A program made the position numbers and the translations under genes. From contig NC_068992.1 in assembly GCF_001194135.2 (NCBI RefSeq), forward strand, positions 66,932,556-66,996,555: a stretch of DNA of 64,000 nucleotides, written 5' to 3'. The number at the start of each line of letters is the position of its first letter. Within the stretch, counting starts at the first letter, position 1. The DNA is from Octopus bimaculoides. Taxonomy: Eukaryota. Below the pieces are notes generated by a model. That model did not search any database. It saw nothing but the letters and a program-made list of their open reading frames with translations, and was not told where the DNA came from. Below, in pieces: positions 13,381 to 28,084 of this stretch.

Positions 13381-14089
13381 TGTACAGGTATTATATATTA
13401 GAAAAAATAAGGTACTCTGAGATCTGGATGGCTGTACATTTACAGATTTTTATTAATATGTCACATGTCTTTTATAAATCATATATTAGCGCTTGCATCT
13501 ACTCTAGTAGAATCTCCAGATTTAAATTTTTTCCAGGGGATTCGTCTCTTTTTATAGTATTATCGAGTGTGTAGGGGTGGAAAGAGATATATAAGATAAT
13601 AAAAGAGAGTGAGGAATGAGGAGAAAGTGAGAGAGAGTGTGTGTGCGTGTTTTTGTGTATGTGTGTGTGTATATGTGTGTATGTGTGTGTATGTGTGCCT
13701 GTGTATCTGAAAGGAGTGTCAATGGAAAAAAGAAGGAAAGGAAGAAGGAAGAGAGAAAGAAGAAACATTGACACACCTTTCAGATAATCAGGCACACACA
13801 CACACATACACACACACACACACATTCTCTCTCTCACTTTCTCCCCATTCCTCACCTTCTTCTACTAGCCTATATATCTGTCTCCACCCGTACACACTCA
13901 ATAACACTAAAAAAATTAGACGAATCCCCTCAAAAATTTTAAATCTGGAGATTCTACTAGAGTAGATGCAAGCGCTATTATATGATTTATAAAAAACATG
14001 TGACATATTAATAAAAAATCTGTAAATGTACAACCATCCAGATCTCTAAGTACCTTATTTTTTCTAATATGTATATACGTACCTGCACA
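13381..14089. repeat. Long inverted repeat / fold-back element
   Basis: Arms 13381-13724 and 13766-14089 are reverse complements (both give FINMSHVFYKSY..ACIYSSRISRFK in opposite-strand ORFs of the track); 41-nt all-purine spacer. Confidence 0.93.
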
Positions 14090-15929
14090 CACGCACACAC
14101 ACACACACACACTCACACACACAGAGCTGAACCAATTTTCATCATTACAATTTATTCCATCGAATAACCCCATCTGTAATGAAGGACTATGATATATATG
14201 ACAATTGTCAGAAGTTGGGAATGTGTGCGAATGAAATACGTTGAGCTTTATGTTCAGAGTAATGTAGCATATAGACGCATCTAAACAAGGATATATGAAA
14301 TATTAATATATTAAGAAATATATAAAAAAAAATGTTTCATAAATGAGAAAACTGATGTGTTTATAGAAATGTGTGGTATATATTTCGTTTTTATAGAATC
14401 ATAATTTTTACGTAACCAAACCATATTTGTTTAGAATGGAAAATTAAGTCACATTAAATCTTTCTAACTCTTTGGTTTGATAAAAGGATTGAAATAACTC
14501 AGCATCCGTAAACAATGCAAAGAGGCTAACTTTAAATCTTCAAATATAACAAAGCGAGCAAATATTTTTTTGTTAGGAAAACGGTTAGTTTGAAAGAAAT
14601 CTGAATTGTATCCCGTGCCTGTCTTTGATCTACAGTAGTCTGTTTGTGCTAAGATGTTCAGTATTGTTGGTCTAAGTTATACAAACTTGGTTCTTATTTT
14701 AGACCTAGATCTGTGAGTTATCAATAATATTCAACCATTCGAACTGGTTTCATGATTGAAAGAGAAAGAAAGAAAGAGAAAGAGAGAAAGGGAGAGCGAT
14801 ATTAGAAAACAGTATTTCAGAAGATTCCGGAATGTAAAATTGCTTTCAGTGGTTATGCAGATTGTAAAACATTAACTATTATTTTCTGTCATAGATTTTA
14901 TTTACGATTTCAAATAAATGTGGGGGAAATATGTTTGTGTTTCTACATTAATTGCGGAACATGTATAGGTGTTTATTAAAACGTGATTTGAATGAATTTG
15001 AAGTTAACCTAATGTGTGATTTAAAAACTCTGTTTAGGATAGAAATGTAAACAACCTGTAGAAATACATCCACAACCAAGTAAACGTTCATTCGAATGAA
15101 TGTAGTTGCAAGTTTGTGAACTTTGGCTTGTTGACTGTTCCTTGGAAAGACAGTCTGGCGTAGTCAATTGATAGGAGCTAGGAAACGTGTGAGATATGAT
15201 GATGGCGGTGTGCAGGGATTCCAGTAAAGGTGAGACTATGTGGCTTTATATCTAAATTCACATTGTACTATCAGGCTAGCATTGGACGAAGGTAGAGGAA
15301 CCATCTTTCGTCAAGAGGATAGGGAGGCAGCAAATGTGTTAGCCTGGATATAGCAGTGGTTTGCCTGAAAACAGTCAAAATTGAGTGCAAACAATACATT
15401 CTTCGTAAGATGTAAGATAAAGATAGTTGCTGTGTGGCTGGAAGGAATACAGCTGCAGCTGCACATAGTTTAGTGCAATAATCCAATTGAGTCCAACTAA
15501 CGTGGCCATTTTCTGGTAGTTTTCATGCTTCTGGGCACCATTGGAGGGAATGGCAATCACGTGCCTTGTAATGGAATTGTTGAAATATAGCATTGAAAAG
15601 TGATGAAGGGCAAGTTTCGAAAACAAAGAACGGAAACAAAGGACATTGTCACTCATACTTATGTACATTTATGTGTGCAGGGGTTTGTGTGTTTATGAGA
15701 GAGCTTGCTTCAAAGTGCACAGCGCAGTCTTTTGGGTATTAGCTCTTCTCAGAGCAGCGTCTTCTGTTGTTAATCCTGGGAGAGGAAGACTGTTGACCCT
15801 TTTAGTGGGTAGGAACTTGTCCCCTCAGTGACCTAGATGCCACGGAAACCGACACAAACTCCGGCCTAATGGGCATCGAGGCTCAAAACTGAATAACATT
15901 ATGTATACACGCACACACATAAATACACC

Positions 15930-15983
<54 letters not shown>

Positions 15984-16002
15984 NNNNNNNNNNAAATACA
16001 CC

Positions 16003-16045
<43 letters not shown>

Positions 16046-16988
16046 CCCCCCACATACGCACGTACGCACACACGTGAATGTAAAGACGCTTTACATAAAA
16101 ATAACTGCAATTAGGCATGGATAAGTATTATAGGAAATATTAAGCAACACGTAGCTCATACGGAGAAACAGTGTAGCCTAACGGGGATAGAAAATACAAC
16201 GCCTTCACATATATGATATTCTACACACTCAACTGCATACACACAGTGTTGTGTTATTGTGTAGACACACCTACACACACATTGTACTTCAATATTTTAC
16301 ATATTACCTAAAACATAGAGTAGGAATATTCTCCCTAAATACGTGCACACATAGTCTTATCATGTTCTATATACCCACCTATACACACAGGTGTTGTAAT
16401 GTTCTGCGCGCACACCTACACAAAGTGTTATGTTATTATTATATGCAATGTCATAAAATAAAAACTATTAAAAAGTCAACAGACATTACAGAATATAATT
16501 TATATTCACTATAACCAAATTTACAATATTTATATCACACCGTTCAATAATGTTTATACTATCATATTCTTAATTATATCCAATTGGTTGCATAATAAAC
16601 TAGATTATCCTTCGCGATGTCGTAGTTCGAATGGTACGAGAAAATATTTTTCTATAAGGTGGTATTTCAAACGAAAATGTTGGAAGAAAATTTCTGCCAT
16701 ATTCCTGATAACCGTAAAAGTAGGCAACTGATTGAAAAGTTGGATAATGTATTCTCTATTATCTCGGTTTCCTCAGTAGAAAGGAAATAAACTTTAAATC
16801 TCGTCATAGGAAGTAACCTGTGCAAGATTATAATCCAGGGAAAGAAAAATTGAGGCCATGGAAAATCTAAAATTTTGCAGAAGGATTAATCACTATTATC
16901 GTTTACATGTGGAAATGTGGCCAACAGCAAGTGCTACATATTTTGGCATTGACGAATAAGTTTCTAGTGTAAATTACATTACACTCAC

Positions 16989-17057
16989 CTGTGTATACTT
17001 GACTTTGCAGTTTTTGCTGCCAATGAAGAATAGTGCCAGATTGCCGGAGGCTGCTAT
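16989..17057 (-). CDS. Candidate internal exon (69 nt, frame-preserving), product unknown
   Basis: Acceptor tcactgttttgcttag|AT, consensus donor CACAG|gtgagt; open as IAASGNLALFFIGSKNCKVKYTQ (phase 0) or (D)SSLRQSGTILHWQQKLQSQVYT (phase 1). Confidence 0.33.
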
Positions 17058-17986
17058 CTAAGCAAAACAGTGACATATGCTGATAAAATCCGGATTACTT
17101 TTAAAAATTCACGTTTCTTAAATATTTTCTTTTCTTTAATCTCCGGTCCAACTTCTGGTTGGGGAATTAAGCTGAATTTTGATGCCAAACTTTCGGAATC
17201 GAGCCAATATGTATGCCTTATTCCTTCTTTTTCATCTTACCTATTTAAGTAACAGAGAAAACTCGAATTAATATTTTATAGCTTTCCAGTTTTTGTTGCT
17301 GAATCAAGAATAGAAAAATGCAAATTGGAGTTTAAGATTATTGAGACAAGTTGTCTTAATAGGATATGTTATTACATCATGTCAAAATAAATAAAGCTTC
17401 GAAGGCGTATGGCATGATGAAGAGAGCTATACAGCTTAATGAAGTGTTAATGGGTGTCATTTAGGCTAATTAACAAGGGTATACTAATTTATAAGGTATT
17501 GGTTTATACACACACTACACATATACACATATGCATGCACGCAAATATATATATAAAATGTATGCATATATATGTATATATATANNNNNNNNNNNNNNNN
17601 NNNNNNNNNNNNNNNNNNNNNNNNNNNNNNNNNNNNNNNNNNNNNNNNNNNNNNNNNNNNNNNNNNNNNNNNNNNNNNNNNNNNNNNNNNNNNNNNNNNN
17701 NNNNNNNNNNNNNNNNNNNNNNNNNNNNNNNNNNNNNNNNNNNNNNNNNNNNNNNNNNNNNNNNNNNNNNNNNNNNNNNNNNNNNNNNNNNNNNNNNNNN
17801 NNNNNNNNNNNNNNNNNNNNNNNNNNNNNNNNNNNNNNNNNNNNNNNNNNNNNNNNNNNNNNNNNNNNNNNNNNNNNNNNNNNNNNNNNNNNNNNNNNNN
17901 NNNNNNNNNNNNNNNNNNNNNNNNNNNNNNNNNNNNNNNNNNNNNNNNNNNNNNNNNNNNNNNNNNNNNNNNNNNNNNNNNNNNNN

Positions 17987-18050
<64 letters not shown>

Positions 18051-19356
18051 AGTTTATGCGTATATACGGGAGAGTGTATACATAAATTATGATCATGCAT
18101 ATACCTACTATCTCTTGAAGCTACATTATACACCCGTAGGTTATTTAAAATATCTGTATATTTCACTCTCGATAAGGAAAGATCTTATGTTGTTATCATA
18201 TGCCATTATGCATATACACGCATTTATGCATGCATATATATATGTATATATGTATGTATGTATGTACGTATGCTGTAGATCAATACATGCTATGTTACGC
18301 AGAATTAACCGATCTCATTAACATTTTAATGGAAAAGAGAATTAAGACAATATTTATACCAATATATATATAAATAAGTATTGAAATATCAATTATATCT
18401 TATTTGCAATTCACAATGTAAATTAATTGTAAATATGTACTTCTAATATCTACTCACATACTCAGAAGCATACGTAATTTCTATGTATATAGATATATCT
18501 CATAAGCTAACAGTTGTATACACCTGTCTGTATGTATGTAACGTATACATACATACGGGTAAATATGTGGTTGTTTATTTCCATACAGATGTATACGTAT
18601 ACATCGTATATTATATTTAATCTCGAGACATTTATCTTGAATTTCATGCACAGTAAATTAATTCCCATTAATTGGGTATGTGATCAACTTAAATTGATTC
18701 AATTTTAGCGTGGTGGTGCGTGCAATTAACTAAAATATATTCATTAATCCACACCCATGCAATGGTAATGAAAACAGCAAAGAAACGTAACGCAACACTC
18801 GTTAAATTTACAGTACTCCTGCTTTTATTGTTTAAGGTGTACGGCATTCCGATGAAGCTGCAAGATGACGATGCACTCTGCTCTAAGTGCAATGATGAAA
18901 ACACATCACTATAATAAAGAAGTTGATGACTTAAATCCCGATCTCTTGTTATTCAGTTCAAACACACACACACACACATTCATACACGCACTCACCCATA
19001 CATTTACGCGCACACGCATGCACGCAAGCACAGACACAGACACACAAGCATGCACCCCACCCCCACCTCCACTCACCCACTCATGCATGCACACACACAC
19101 ACACACACATGCCGTTCGCGCACACACACACCAGCACACGCACACGCGTAGGTTCGCGATGGAATGGAGATTACAGATACACAGTAGGGATGGTTCTAGG
19201 AATGGCGTTTATATAAAAGAACACAAAAGGTTCCTAACAGCTGTTCCAGAGGCATTTCTTTATTGAAGAATAGATCGATAACATCGATACAGAAATGCTA
19301 CTAATAACAGCTGTTGCGAATCTTTAAAATCCATGTTCCTTCTTATATATATATAT

Positions 19357-19577
19357 TTCTTTATTGCCCATAGGGGGTTAAACATAGAGGGCACAAACAA
19401 GGACAGACAAGGAGATTAAGTTGATTACATCGACCCTAGTGCGTAACTGGTACTTATTTAATCGACCCCGAAGGGATGAAAGGCAAAGTCAACCTCGGCG
19501 GAATTTGAACTCAGAACGTAGCGGCAGGCGAAATCCCGCAAAGCATTTCGCCCGGCGTGTTAACGATTCTGCCAGCT
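19357..19577 (-). mobile_element. tRNA-derived SINE, family 1, tail type B
   Basis: Same head and central domain as 3824-4033; tail TTGTCTGTCCTTGTTTGTGCCCTCTATGTTTAACCCCCTATGGGCAATAAAGAAAT shared with 27489-27711. Confidence 0.92.
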
Positions 19578-19715
19578 TATATATAAATAATCAAATGTAT
19601 GTATATATGTATGTGTTTGTTTGTGTGTGTGCGTATATGTGTATATGAGTGTTTGTGTTTGTGTCTGTTTGAACAACAAAAAGCAAGGATGGATACACAC
19701 GCACACACACAAATG

Positions 19716-19775
<60 letters not shown>

Positions 19776-20803
19776 CATATACATATACACATGTGTGTGT
19801 GTGTGTATGTGTGAATGTGATAACGAAAATGAGAAAATAAAAGCGAGAGATACGAGATCAAAGAATTATAAAATTCTTTACCTCTCACATATGTGCTTTT
19901 TTTTTGTTCTGTTTTTGCTTAGTATATACTCCAAGCTGGAAACTTTGTGGTTATCCTGGTTTATCTCTTGTATCGTCATGTTAAATGACGTCGTAGTTTA
20001 ATTAGTGTGTGACTTGATAGCCGGTTTCTCAGCTGGAGTGTTTATGTGAGTTCAATGTTTAACTGCCAAAGCGTTGCTTTATCGACGCAGCCAATCGTTA
20101 ATGTTGTGTGAAGAATTAATCCTGAAATCTACTTTAACCGAAACAACAGCTTTTTAAAAAGAAATTTAATTAAGAGAGTCATTTGGTGTTTTAAGTGTGG
20201 CCATTATGGCAAGGTGAACTTGTTCTCAGCCGACGGCCAACCTATTCAGTGATAAACGTTTCCTTGTTCCAGTTGACACTAGCGTTCTCTAACTGACGTC
20301 AGTATCCGCATCCGTCCGTTTTTCTGCCGCTAACAGAGCTATTTAGGCATACATACATACATACATACATACATACATACATACATACATACGTACATAC
20401 ATACATATGTATGTATACTGATTCCCGCATTTGAAAACTAGGACTCCCGAACAGAGAGAGAGAATGAATGAAAGACCTCGTGTATAAGTGAGAGGGAAGC
20501 AAAACACATCGAAGTAATCAGTTGTTCCCAACTTCCGTTGAATCAGACATTGGGATTACAAAGTAGGTTACGTAAGAGAAATGAAGTTTATGCAGAATGA
20601 TTCTAATGACGAATGGGTGGATGGGAAGAATTGCACATGATCAACTGAGTCATCAGTCATCTGTGAAGATTGTCATCACGTGGAGCATCCCAGCAGAACA
20701 TCGGCGAAACCAGGGACATGTGTACCAGGAGAGCATGGCTGGGCATAATCAAGTTTGCATGAAGACCTCGTGGTTCCGGTTTTGATCAATTCACTGCGTT
20801 GCA

Positions 20804-20805
<2 letters not shown>

Positions 20806-20900
<95 letters not shown>
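20806..20900. repeat. (CA)n microsatellite; similar long arrays at 3030-3087, 21732-21851, 41951-42075, 46405-46450, 58425-58477
   Basis: Direct reading. Confidence 0.97.
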
Positions 20901-20902
<2 letters not shown>

Positions 20903-21729
20903 TATATATATATATATATATATACAAATGTGTGCGTGCATAATGTGTATGCATATATACATGTTTATAAATACATATACACAGATACGAATATCAGCTA
21001 AATACTTTTACTCAAGCCTCATACCATTGCCATCGTGGAAGCAGAATTGTCCTATTTCGTTACTGAGACTGATTTTATTTACTTTAATGTGGTTTCAATT
21101 CTGTTACTCGTGGTTAGTCGATGGTTTCCTGCTATTGTTTTATTGTTATTGCCTGTTTCAACCCACCCTTCAGACTGGAAAAATACCCCGTAACGCTAAT
21201 TACTCACCCAAAGTTACCGTTGACATCAGAAGTTATTCACTAGGAACAACTCAAAAAATTAACTATAGCTGAACCAGAAAGACATTATGGAGACAATAAA
21301 AAAAAATCACTTGTTAAGAATTACTGTTTACAATCGAAAACACCCACTCATTCAAATCCATGTTCGTTAAGTGAAAATTCCATAAACCTGGAGCGCGACC
21401 CAGAACACAATGGTATTACAGACACATAAGTACACACACACCACACTCTCTCACTCACTCATGTATTGCAGCATTCTTGGTGAGAAAACACGTGTTACAA
21501 GAAATGTTCTTGTTAAGGAGTGTGATTAGACTACTAATTAAAACAGAAAAGAAGAAAACAAAGTCATGTGTCCTGGCTTGCAAAAGGTGCCCCTGAAGGA
21601 ACATTGTCATGGACAGCATTTATCTATTGATGTATTAGGTAATTATTGATAGGAAAATTGAAGTGGTATACATACGACCTCACAAGTGAATGTGTTGCGA
21701 TTGGCAGCAAGACTCTCCCAAAAGTACAA

Positions 21730-21856
<127 letters not shown>

Positions 21857-22274
21857 TCACTCACTCAAACACACACATATTAATAGAAAGATAAATAGAT
21901 AATAGACAGACGTACATATTTATCTGCATAAATCCTACACTGATCGTAATCAAAAGGCTTATCCTTCTGGATAATACCAAATTACATTAATTTAATATAT
22001 AATTCCATTTGGTATATGAAGAGAACAACAAGAACAATAAATGAATTACCGAACAAATTACTGAGATCGATATAGTCAATACAATCAATGTACATGGCTG
22101 AACACCCTTGAAAGAGCCTGCCCTTAGACGGGAAAGAAACACTGCGAAGTAACAAATCTCCATTATTGTGCTGTCCATAGTTCGATTTCATGCAGCAGCG
22201 ACCTGTGCCTCTACACGTTGATTATTTGTATTGGAGTGAGAATTAGGTAACTTTGTGGTTAATTATCTTTACAC

Positions 22275-22321
<47 letters not shown>

Positions 22322-22624
22322 GCGAAAGTCAGTTGTCATAAATCGCTTCGATAATTACTTTGCCGATAATTCCTTATTCTTCTTCTTCGTAATTCTTGGA
22401 TTAATTATTGCGCATATATTGAGTATAGCTGAACTCCAAGCCCTTGTAAATTTTGGATTCAAAGTATTTAACGAAGCGTGTGATTATATAAGATTTTGTG
22501 ACAATGTACAATATAAACTTACCAATTCATAAATATGGTCATTCCCATAAAATGTATTATTCTGTACAATTCATTTAACAGCATTTCACAAATGAATTCT
22601 GCTATGAAATTTCAAATCTTGATA

Positions 22625-22680
<56 letters not shown>

Positions 22681-22700
22681 TTAACAACAACAACAACAAT
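22625..22700. repeat. (TAC)n then (AAC)n microsatellite
   Basis: Direct reading. Confidence 0.93.
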
Positions 22701-23188
22701 AATAACGATAATAATATTTATAAAACTAGCATTAATATTATTAATAATATCTATAATTCTACCCTGTAAAGATTGCAATTTNNNNNNNNNNNNNNNNNNN
22801 NNNNNNNNNNNNNNNNNNNNNNNNNNNNNNNNNNNNNNNNNNNNNNNNNNNNNNNNNNNNNNNNNNNNNNNNNNNNNNNNNNNNNNNNNNNNNNNNNNNN
22901 NNNNNNNNNNNNNNNNNNNNNNNNNNNNNNNNNNNNNNNNNNNNNNNNNNNNNNNNNNNNNNNNNNNNNNNNNNNNNNNNNNNNNNNNNNNNNNNNNNNN
23001 NNNNNNNNNNNNNNNNNNNNNNNNNNNNNNNNNNNNNNNNNNNNNNNNNNNNNNNNNNNNNNNNNNNNNNNNNNNNNNNNNNNNNNNNNNNNNNNNNNNN
23101 NNNNNNNNNNNNNNNNNNNNNNNNNNNNNNNNNNNNNNNNNNNNNNNNNNNNNNNNNNNNNNNNNNNNNNNNNNNNNNNNNNNNNNNN

Positions 23189-23224
<36 letters not shown>

Positions 23225-24619
23225 CAAGCACACACACACACACATATGTCCATAAGCACGCATATACGCATCTAATTTAGTCAGCTGAAACCAATGCTGG
23301 CGGCTACTAGCGGCTTCTCTTTCATCTCAGAAATTTTCAGTAGTCGCCAACTTTGGTTTCAGTCGACCAAATTAAATTTATGCTCTACTTTATGATATTT
23401 GGTACTGTTATATTCGTTCGTCACTAGTATTATTGTACGTATACCAACATATAAACACATACATACAGTCAGACATGCATACATACATAAATACAAACAT
23501 ACATACATACATACACACATGCCTGTACGCACACATATACACATGAAAAATAACCCTACTATGATGTTATTAAAGCTGAATTTTGTTCATATTGTCGAAA
23601 TAGTAATATTAAACAACACAATACATTCATTGATTTGTATGAAAACAAGTGATAAATAGACAACATGGGAATTTTGATGGCTTCGCGTTTTAAATTGTGC
23701 AATTAATACTCTACTATCATTACATTATTGAAAATTAAAATTCACGAAAACACAATTTTAATAAGGCAGGAGTGTGATCCACAATAAATGGTTTCAATTC
23801 ATATCCGTTGCTATAAAGTAATTGGTCATCTGAGGCTTAATGCTTGAAATAAAAGGTCAAACACTTGATAACAAGGGTTCGTAAAATATTTCTTCCATTC
23901 TTTTATTCTATAAAATATGCAGTTGAAATCACTGCAGAACGAAATAGTCTAAAATGGTGAATTCCAGAAAGGTATGTATATAGGCATATGGTTTGTGTGT
24001 GTGTGTATGTATGCATTCATGCATGTATGTATATGTATATGTATGCATGTATGTATGTATGTATATATGTCAATTTGTATGTATGTTTGTATGTATGAGA
24101 GACACACACATATATTATACTACCCGTAAAAGCATGTGCTCAAATCCCTTTTCTCGTATGGTATGAGCCGCAGAGAAGTAATTTTTAAAGCAAGTCATTT
24201 TCGGCTGCTGTAAACTTTAATAGATTCAGTAGATTAATTAAACTGAACCGATTAGAGCAAGATTCCTGACTAATGCCAAGTTTAAAGATTCTTCTAAGTT
24301 GAATAGGTCTAATTTAATACGTCATTTCAATAATATTAATATAATGCAAGCAATTAAATGACAGAGCTCTTTTGAAGGAGTTGGCATGAGATGTAATTCC
24401 TGTATAGACCAAAGTCTTGATAGATATCGATGAGGTCAATACAAGGAAATGACTTCGACTAAAGAGATCGATTCAGTTTGAACTTTCTTCTCCTGTCACC
24501 AACGGCATCAATTACGGTACTTTTTTCTTTCTACAGATAAAAAGATTTAAATAACTTTCTTCAGAAATTTAACAGACATTGGTAAATTTCCTGATAATCA
24601 GAATTAATTAGACGCGCCG

Positions 24620-24870
24620 TTATTGTCGTCGTCGTCGTCGTTGTTGTTGTTCATGTTGTCTAATCGCAGGCCATGCCTAATCGCAGGCCATGCCTAATCG
24701 AGCAGACCAATGATCAAATGCTCTCCAAATGTGAGCGTAATTTATTAAGATATAATATACATAAGGTTATATAATCGAATATGTATACCGTTTCATGTTT
24801 TTAGAGAGAAATGGTAAGTTGGAGGAGATGTGGTTGTTATTTCTAGCAGCTCGAATAACCACGCAGTGAC
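24620..24870 (-). mobile_element. Dispersed repeat family 4 copy with (CAA)n/(CGA)n tail and internal 17-bp tandem duplication
   Basis: Minus strand GTGGTTATTCGAGCTGCTAGAAATAACAACCACATCTCC ... TTTGATCATTGGTCTGCTCGATTAG..CAACAACAAC; CTAATCGCAGGCCATGC is repeated twice at 24660-24693. Confidence 0.55.
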
Positions 24871-26307
24871 GTTATTGGTGCTTACCATTACGTTCTATAA
24901 TGGAGAGGCAAAATGCGTACTTTTGAAGTTGATTCAGCAAACGTAAGATATGTGTATTCTGCATTGGAGTAAATAAATTGTAGCTATGAATAACATATAC
25001 ACTCGTATAGAGAATATACATCCAGCTGTATTAAAGTAGAACATAGATGAGAAAGAAAACTATTAAAGCATAAAATATTTGAGGAAACCAAAGTGAATGG
25101 TAAATAGATAAATGCAAAGAAAGAGAGAGAGAAAGAAAGAGAGAAGGAGAGAGGGAGAGAGAGAAATGAAAAAGAGAGAGAAAGAGAAATCAATTCATAC
25201 ATCTACATCAAAAGCATAATATTAGGAATAAGGAAAAACCCAAAATTTAGGGGTTTACAAATACGTCTCTTCCTTTTCTCTTACTTGCTTATCTTCTTTC
25301 TCTTTCTTTCCTTTTTCTATCGAAACTGTGCCGGTGCTTTACTCATCATCTATTTATACATTTTTTATAATTTCTCCATCATATATATATATATATATCT
25401 TTCGGTGTGAATGTTTTTTTATATACGGCGCCGTTTTTACAATCCTGTCAATAATAATAATAATGGTATTTTTGTATAAGCTTAAAGCTCATGGCGATCA
25501 CCGTGCAATGGCTAAGGAAAATAATCTAATAAAGGGGTATATAAGCCCTCGACAGAAACAAGAAGGCTTTCCTATCCGCGTGTTAGTCGAAACCACATCC
25601 CTTTGTTATATATATACACATATATGTATGTACGTATGTATCTATGCAAGGGATTGCTGTAAAGGTCCTGGCTTTGGGTAGAAGAAAATATGAAAGGATC
25701 AGATAATTATTGCTTTGTTCAACAAATTTCCCCTCTCAGATTCACACACTTATTACAACGGACCTTCAGCTTTTCTAAGCCCTGCACAAATACTCTGGAA
25801 AGTTGGGCCGCCAACCAGGCCTTTCGCAATACTCCTAAAGCCAGGAACTTTTCAACACTCCCTCGTGTGTATATATATATATATATATANNNNNNNNNNN
25901 NNNNNNNNNNNNNNNNNNNNNNNNNNNNNNNNNNNNNNNNNNNNNNNNNNNNTATATATATGTATGTATGTATATATATGCATATATACAGCTACATATA
26001 TATGTACCACACATGTGTGTGTGTATGTACATACACACACATTTATATATATATATATATATATATATACATCTCTTTAGATATACATGTGCATATATTG
26101 ACATACATAAAACCTGTAATTTGAATATAAATGCATGCCCAGTTGCCTTCAGATATAAACGCTCGCCCCCCCCCTACACACACACACACACATACACACA
26201 CTTATTCAGCAGGATTTCTGTGTGTACTCAAAGACATGTTTGAATTAATAATTCGTTTATTAAAATGGCTGAAGCAGTTGATCCTGCAATCTAAATATCA
26301 TTGTTAC

Positions 26308-26343
26308 CTTGCGGCAAAGACGATTCATTAAACTTATTCAATG
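26308..26343 (-). CDS. Candidate 36-nt phase 1-1 exon, (A)LNKFNESSLPQ
   Basis: Acceptor gtttctatgtttgttgcag|CA, donor CAAG|gtaaca; only phase 1 is open. Confidence 0.22.
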
Positions 26344-27488
26344 CTGCAACAAACATAGAAACATAGTCTTAGGTTGTCTTTGGAGTTGGTTTCTTGTGTT
26401 AAGTTGATGCTTACATGACCCTGACCTCGAGTCATATCTGTCTTCAACTAGAAATATAAACGAGTTAACAAAAACCAGTAGACAATTGCTTTATCAGTTC
26501 AGCAGTAATAACAACCAAATCGTTATGGTATGATACTCTGCATTCTTAAAAATGGACGGATACTTTAAATGACGTAGCCATAGTTACCAGAGCCGAAAAA
26601 ACATGGTATTGTAACGTTAAAAGTGATTGTATTCTAATAATGTTGACTGGGGTTATATAACCACATGACAAAGAATGGAAATTAATGAGAATTAAATCAG
26701 TTACTGCTTTTTATTTTGTCGTTTTAAATGGTTGAATTCTGTGTAAGATTCAGTTATTATTTAAGCCGCCTACAAAATATAGGCTGCAAATGTAATCTAA
26801 AAACGGCTCCTCATTTGAATTCCACGAAAACACAAATAACAGATTACAATCATCAAACAATATGAGACAGTCATGTACATAATTTAGACAAAATGATTGT
26901 TGAAGTTTATAAGCACAAAATATTATAAATGAAAAGACCAACTAAGGCCAACTGAATCACGCCAACGTCAAACAAAGACGAAATTGGAGCGGAACAGCAA
27001 GAAATTTACGGATTTATGAAGAAAATGAATTATAAGAATTTCGCCGTAGAAGAGTCACGACAGGCATTTATAATATTTCTTCACAAAGATTTCTTTCATT
27101 CAAAGATTTCTTTTCCTTGTATTCCGTTTCATTGTGTAACATATACATCATATGATATATAATTATACAAACCTATGTAAAAATGTGAATAAAATTACGT
27201 GTTTGAAATGAATATCATGTCTCTTCGATGATATCATTGTTTCAGTTCCAATACAAGATGTCAGATGAAGTGACTTATCAAACTAATACAATTTTGAAAT
27301 AAACGATATAATTACAGAAACTACAACAACACATCATTTGTGTCATAGAGATCAAATGCTGTTTGTCTGCCTCAGGCTAACACACCAGAACCATCAGACC
27401 TACAAAAAAACCTACTGGAAATTAGGTCCAGACAACCTTCCTGCAATACGGACACCATTACGTAGCGGAGAGACTAATATAATAGATC

Positions 27489-27711
27489 AGCTGGCAGAAT
27501 CGTTAGCACACCAGGCGAAATGCTTAGCGGTAATTCGTCTGCCGCTACGTTCTGAGTTCAAATTCCGCCGTGGTCGACTTTGCCTTTCATCCTTTCAGGG
27601 TCGATTAAATAAGTACCAGTTATGCACTGGAGTCAATCTAATCGACTTAATCCCTTAATCTGTCCTTGTTTGTCCCCTCTATGTTTAACCCCTTGTAGGT
27701 AATAAAGAAAT
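27489..27711 (+). mobile_element. tRNA-derived SINE, family 1, tail type B
   Basis: AGCTGGCAGAATCGTTAGCAC, GAGTTCAAATTCCGCC, GCCTTTCATCCTTTCAGGGTCGATTAAATAAGTACCAG, tail TGTCCTTGTTTGTCCCCTCTATGTTTAACCCC..AATAAAGAAAT. Confidence 0.93.
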
Positions 27712-27878
27712 AAATATAATAAATCAGCTGAAGCTTGATTAACTTTGGAACTCTGGGTCTGTGGATCGAATGAGATCGGCACTGCAACATCAGATTTTCT
27801 TTTAGGAAAACATTGTTTTAGCGATTATACAACACACATATACGCTTAGGATCGCGCGCGCGCACACGCACGCACACA

Positions 27879-27926
<48 letters not shown>

Positions 27927-28084
27927 CTCTCTCTCTCTTTCTCATACACGCACATACTCATATATACGGCTGGTAACAAAAGCTTGTGTCCGATCAGTGA
28001 TCGTACCCAGGGTGTACAGAAAAAAAATCACATAGGTATAACGAACTTATAACACAGTGATTTAAACAATTGTGTGACTATTAC

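Noticed and set aside
15921-16045. Direct repeat AAATACACCCATACACAC on both sides of a 10-N gap
   Set aside because: Looks like an unmerged contig overlap, i.e. an assembly artefact
18720-18914. ORF with signal-peptide-like stretch and CSKC, reminiscent of a myostatin prodomain start
   Set aside because: Stop follows immediately, with no RIE.IK..IL.KL continuation and no donor
20294-20301. CRE palindrome TGACGTCA, also at 52303-52310
   Set aside because: Two 8-mer hits in about 59 kb are close to chance expectation and there is no promoter context
20560-20760. Protein-like plus-strand frame (MQNDSNDEWVDGKNCT*STESSVICEDCHH..)
   Set aside because: Multiple in-frame stops, no recognised family, no splice support
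24804-24894. Two 9-nt micro-exon candidates on opposite strands (24804-24812 +, 24886-24894 -)
   Set aside because: One lies inside, and the other at the edge of, a family 4 repeat copy; very short matches arise easily by chance
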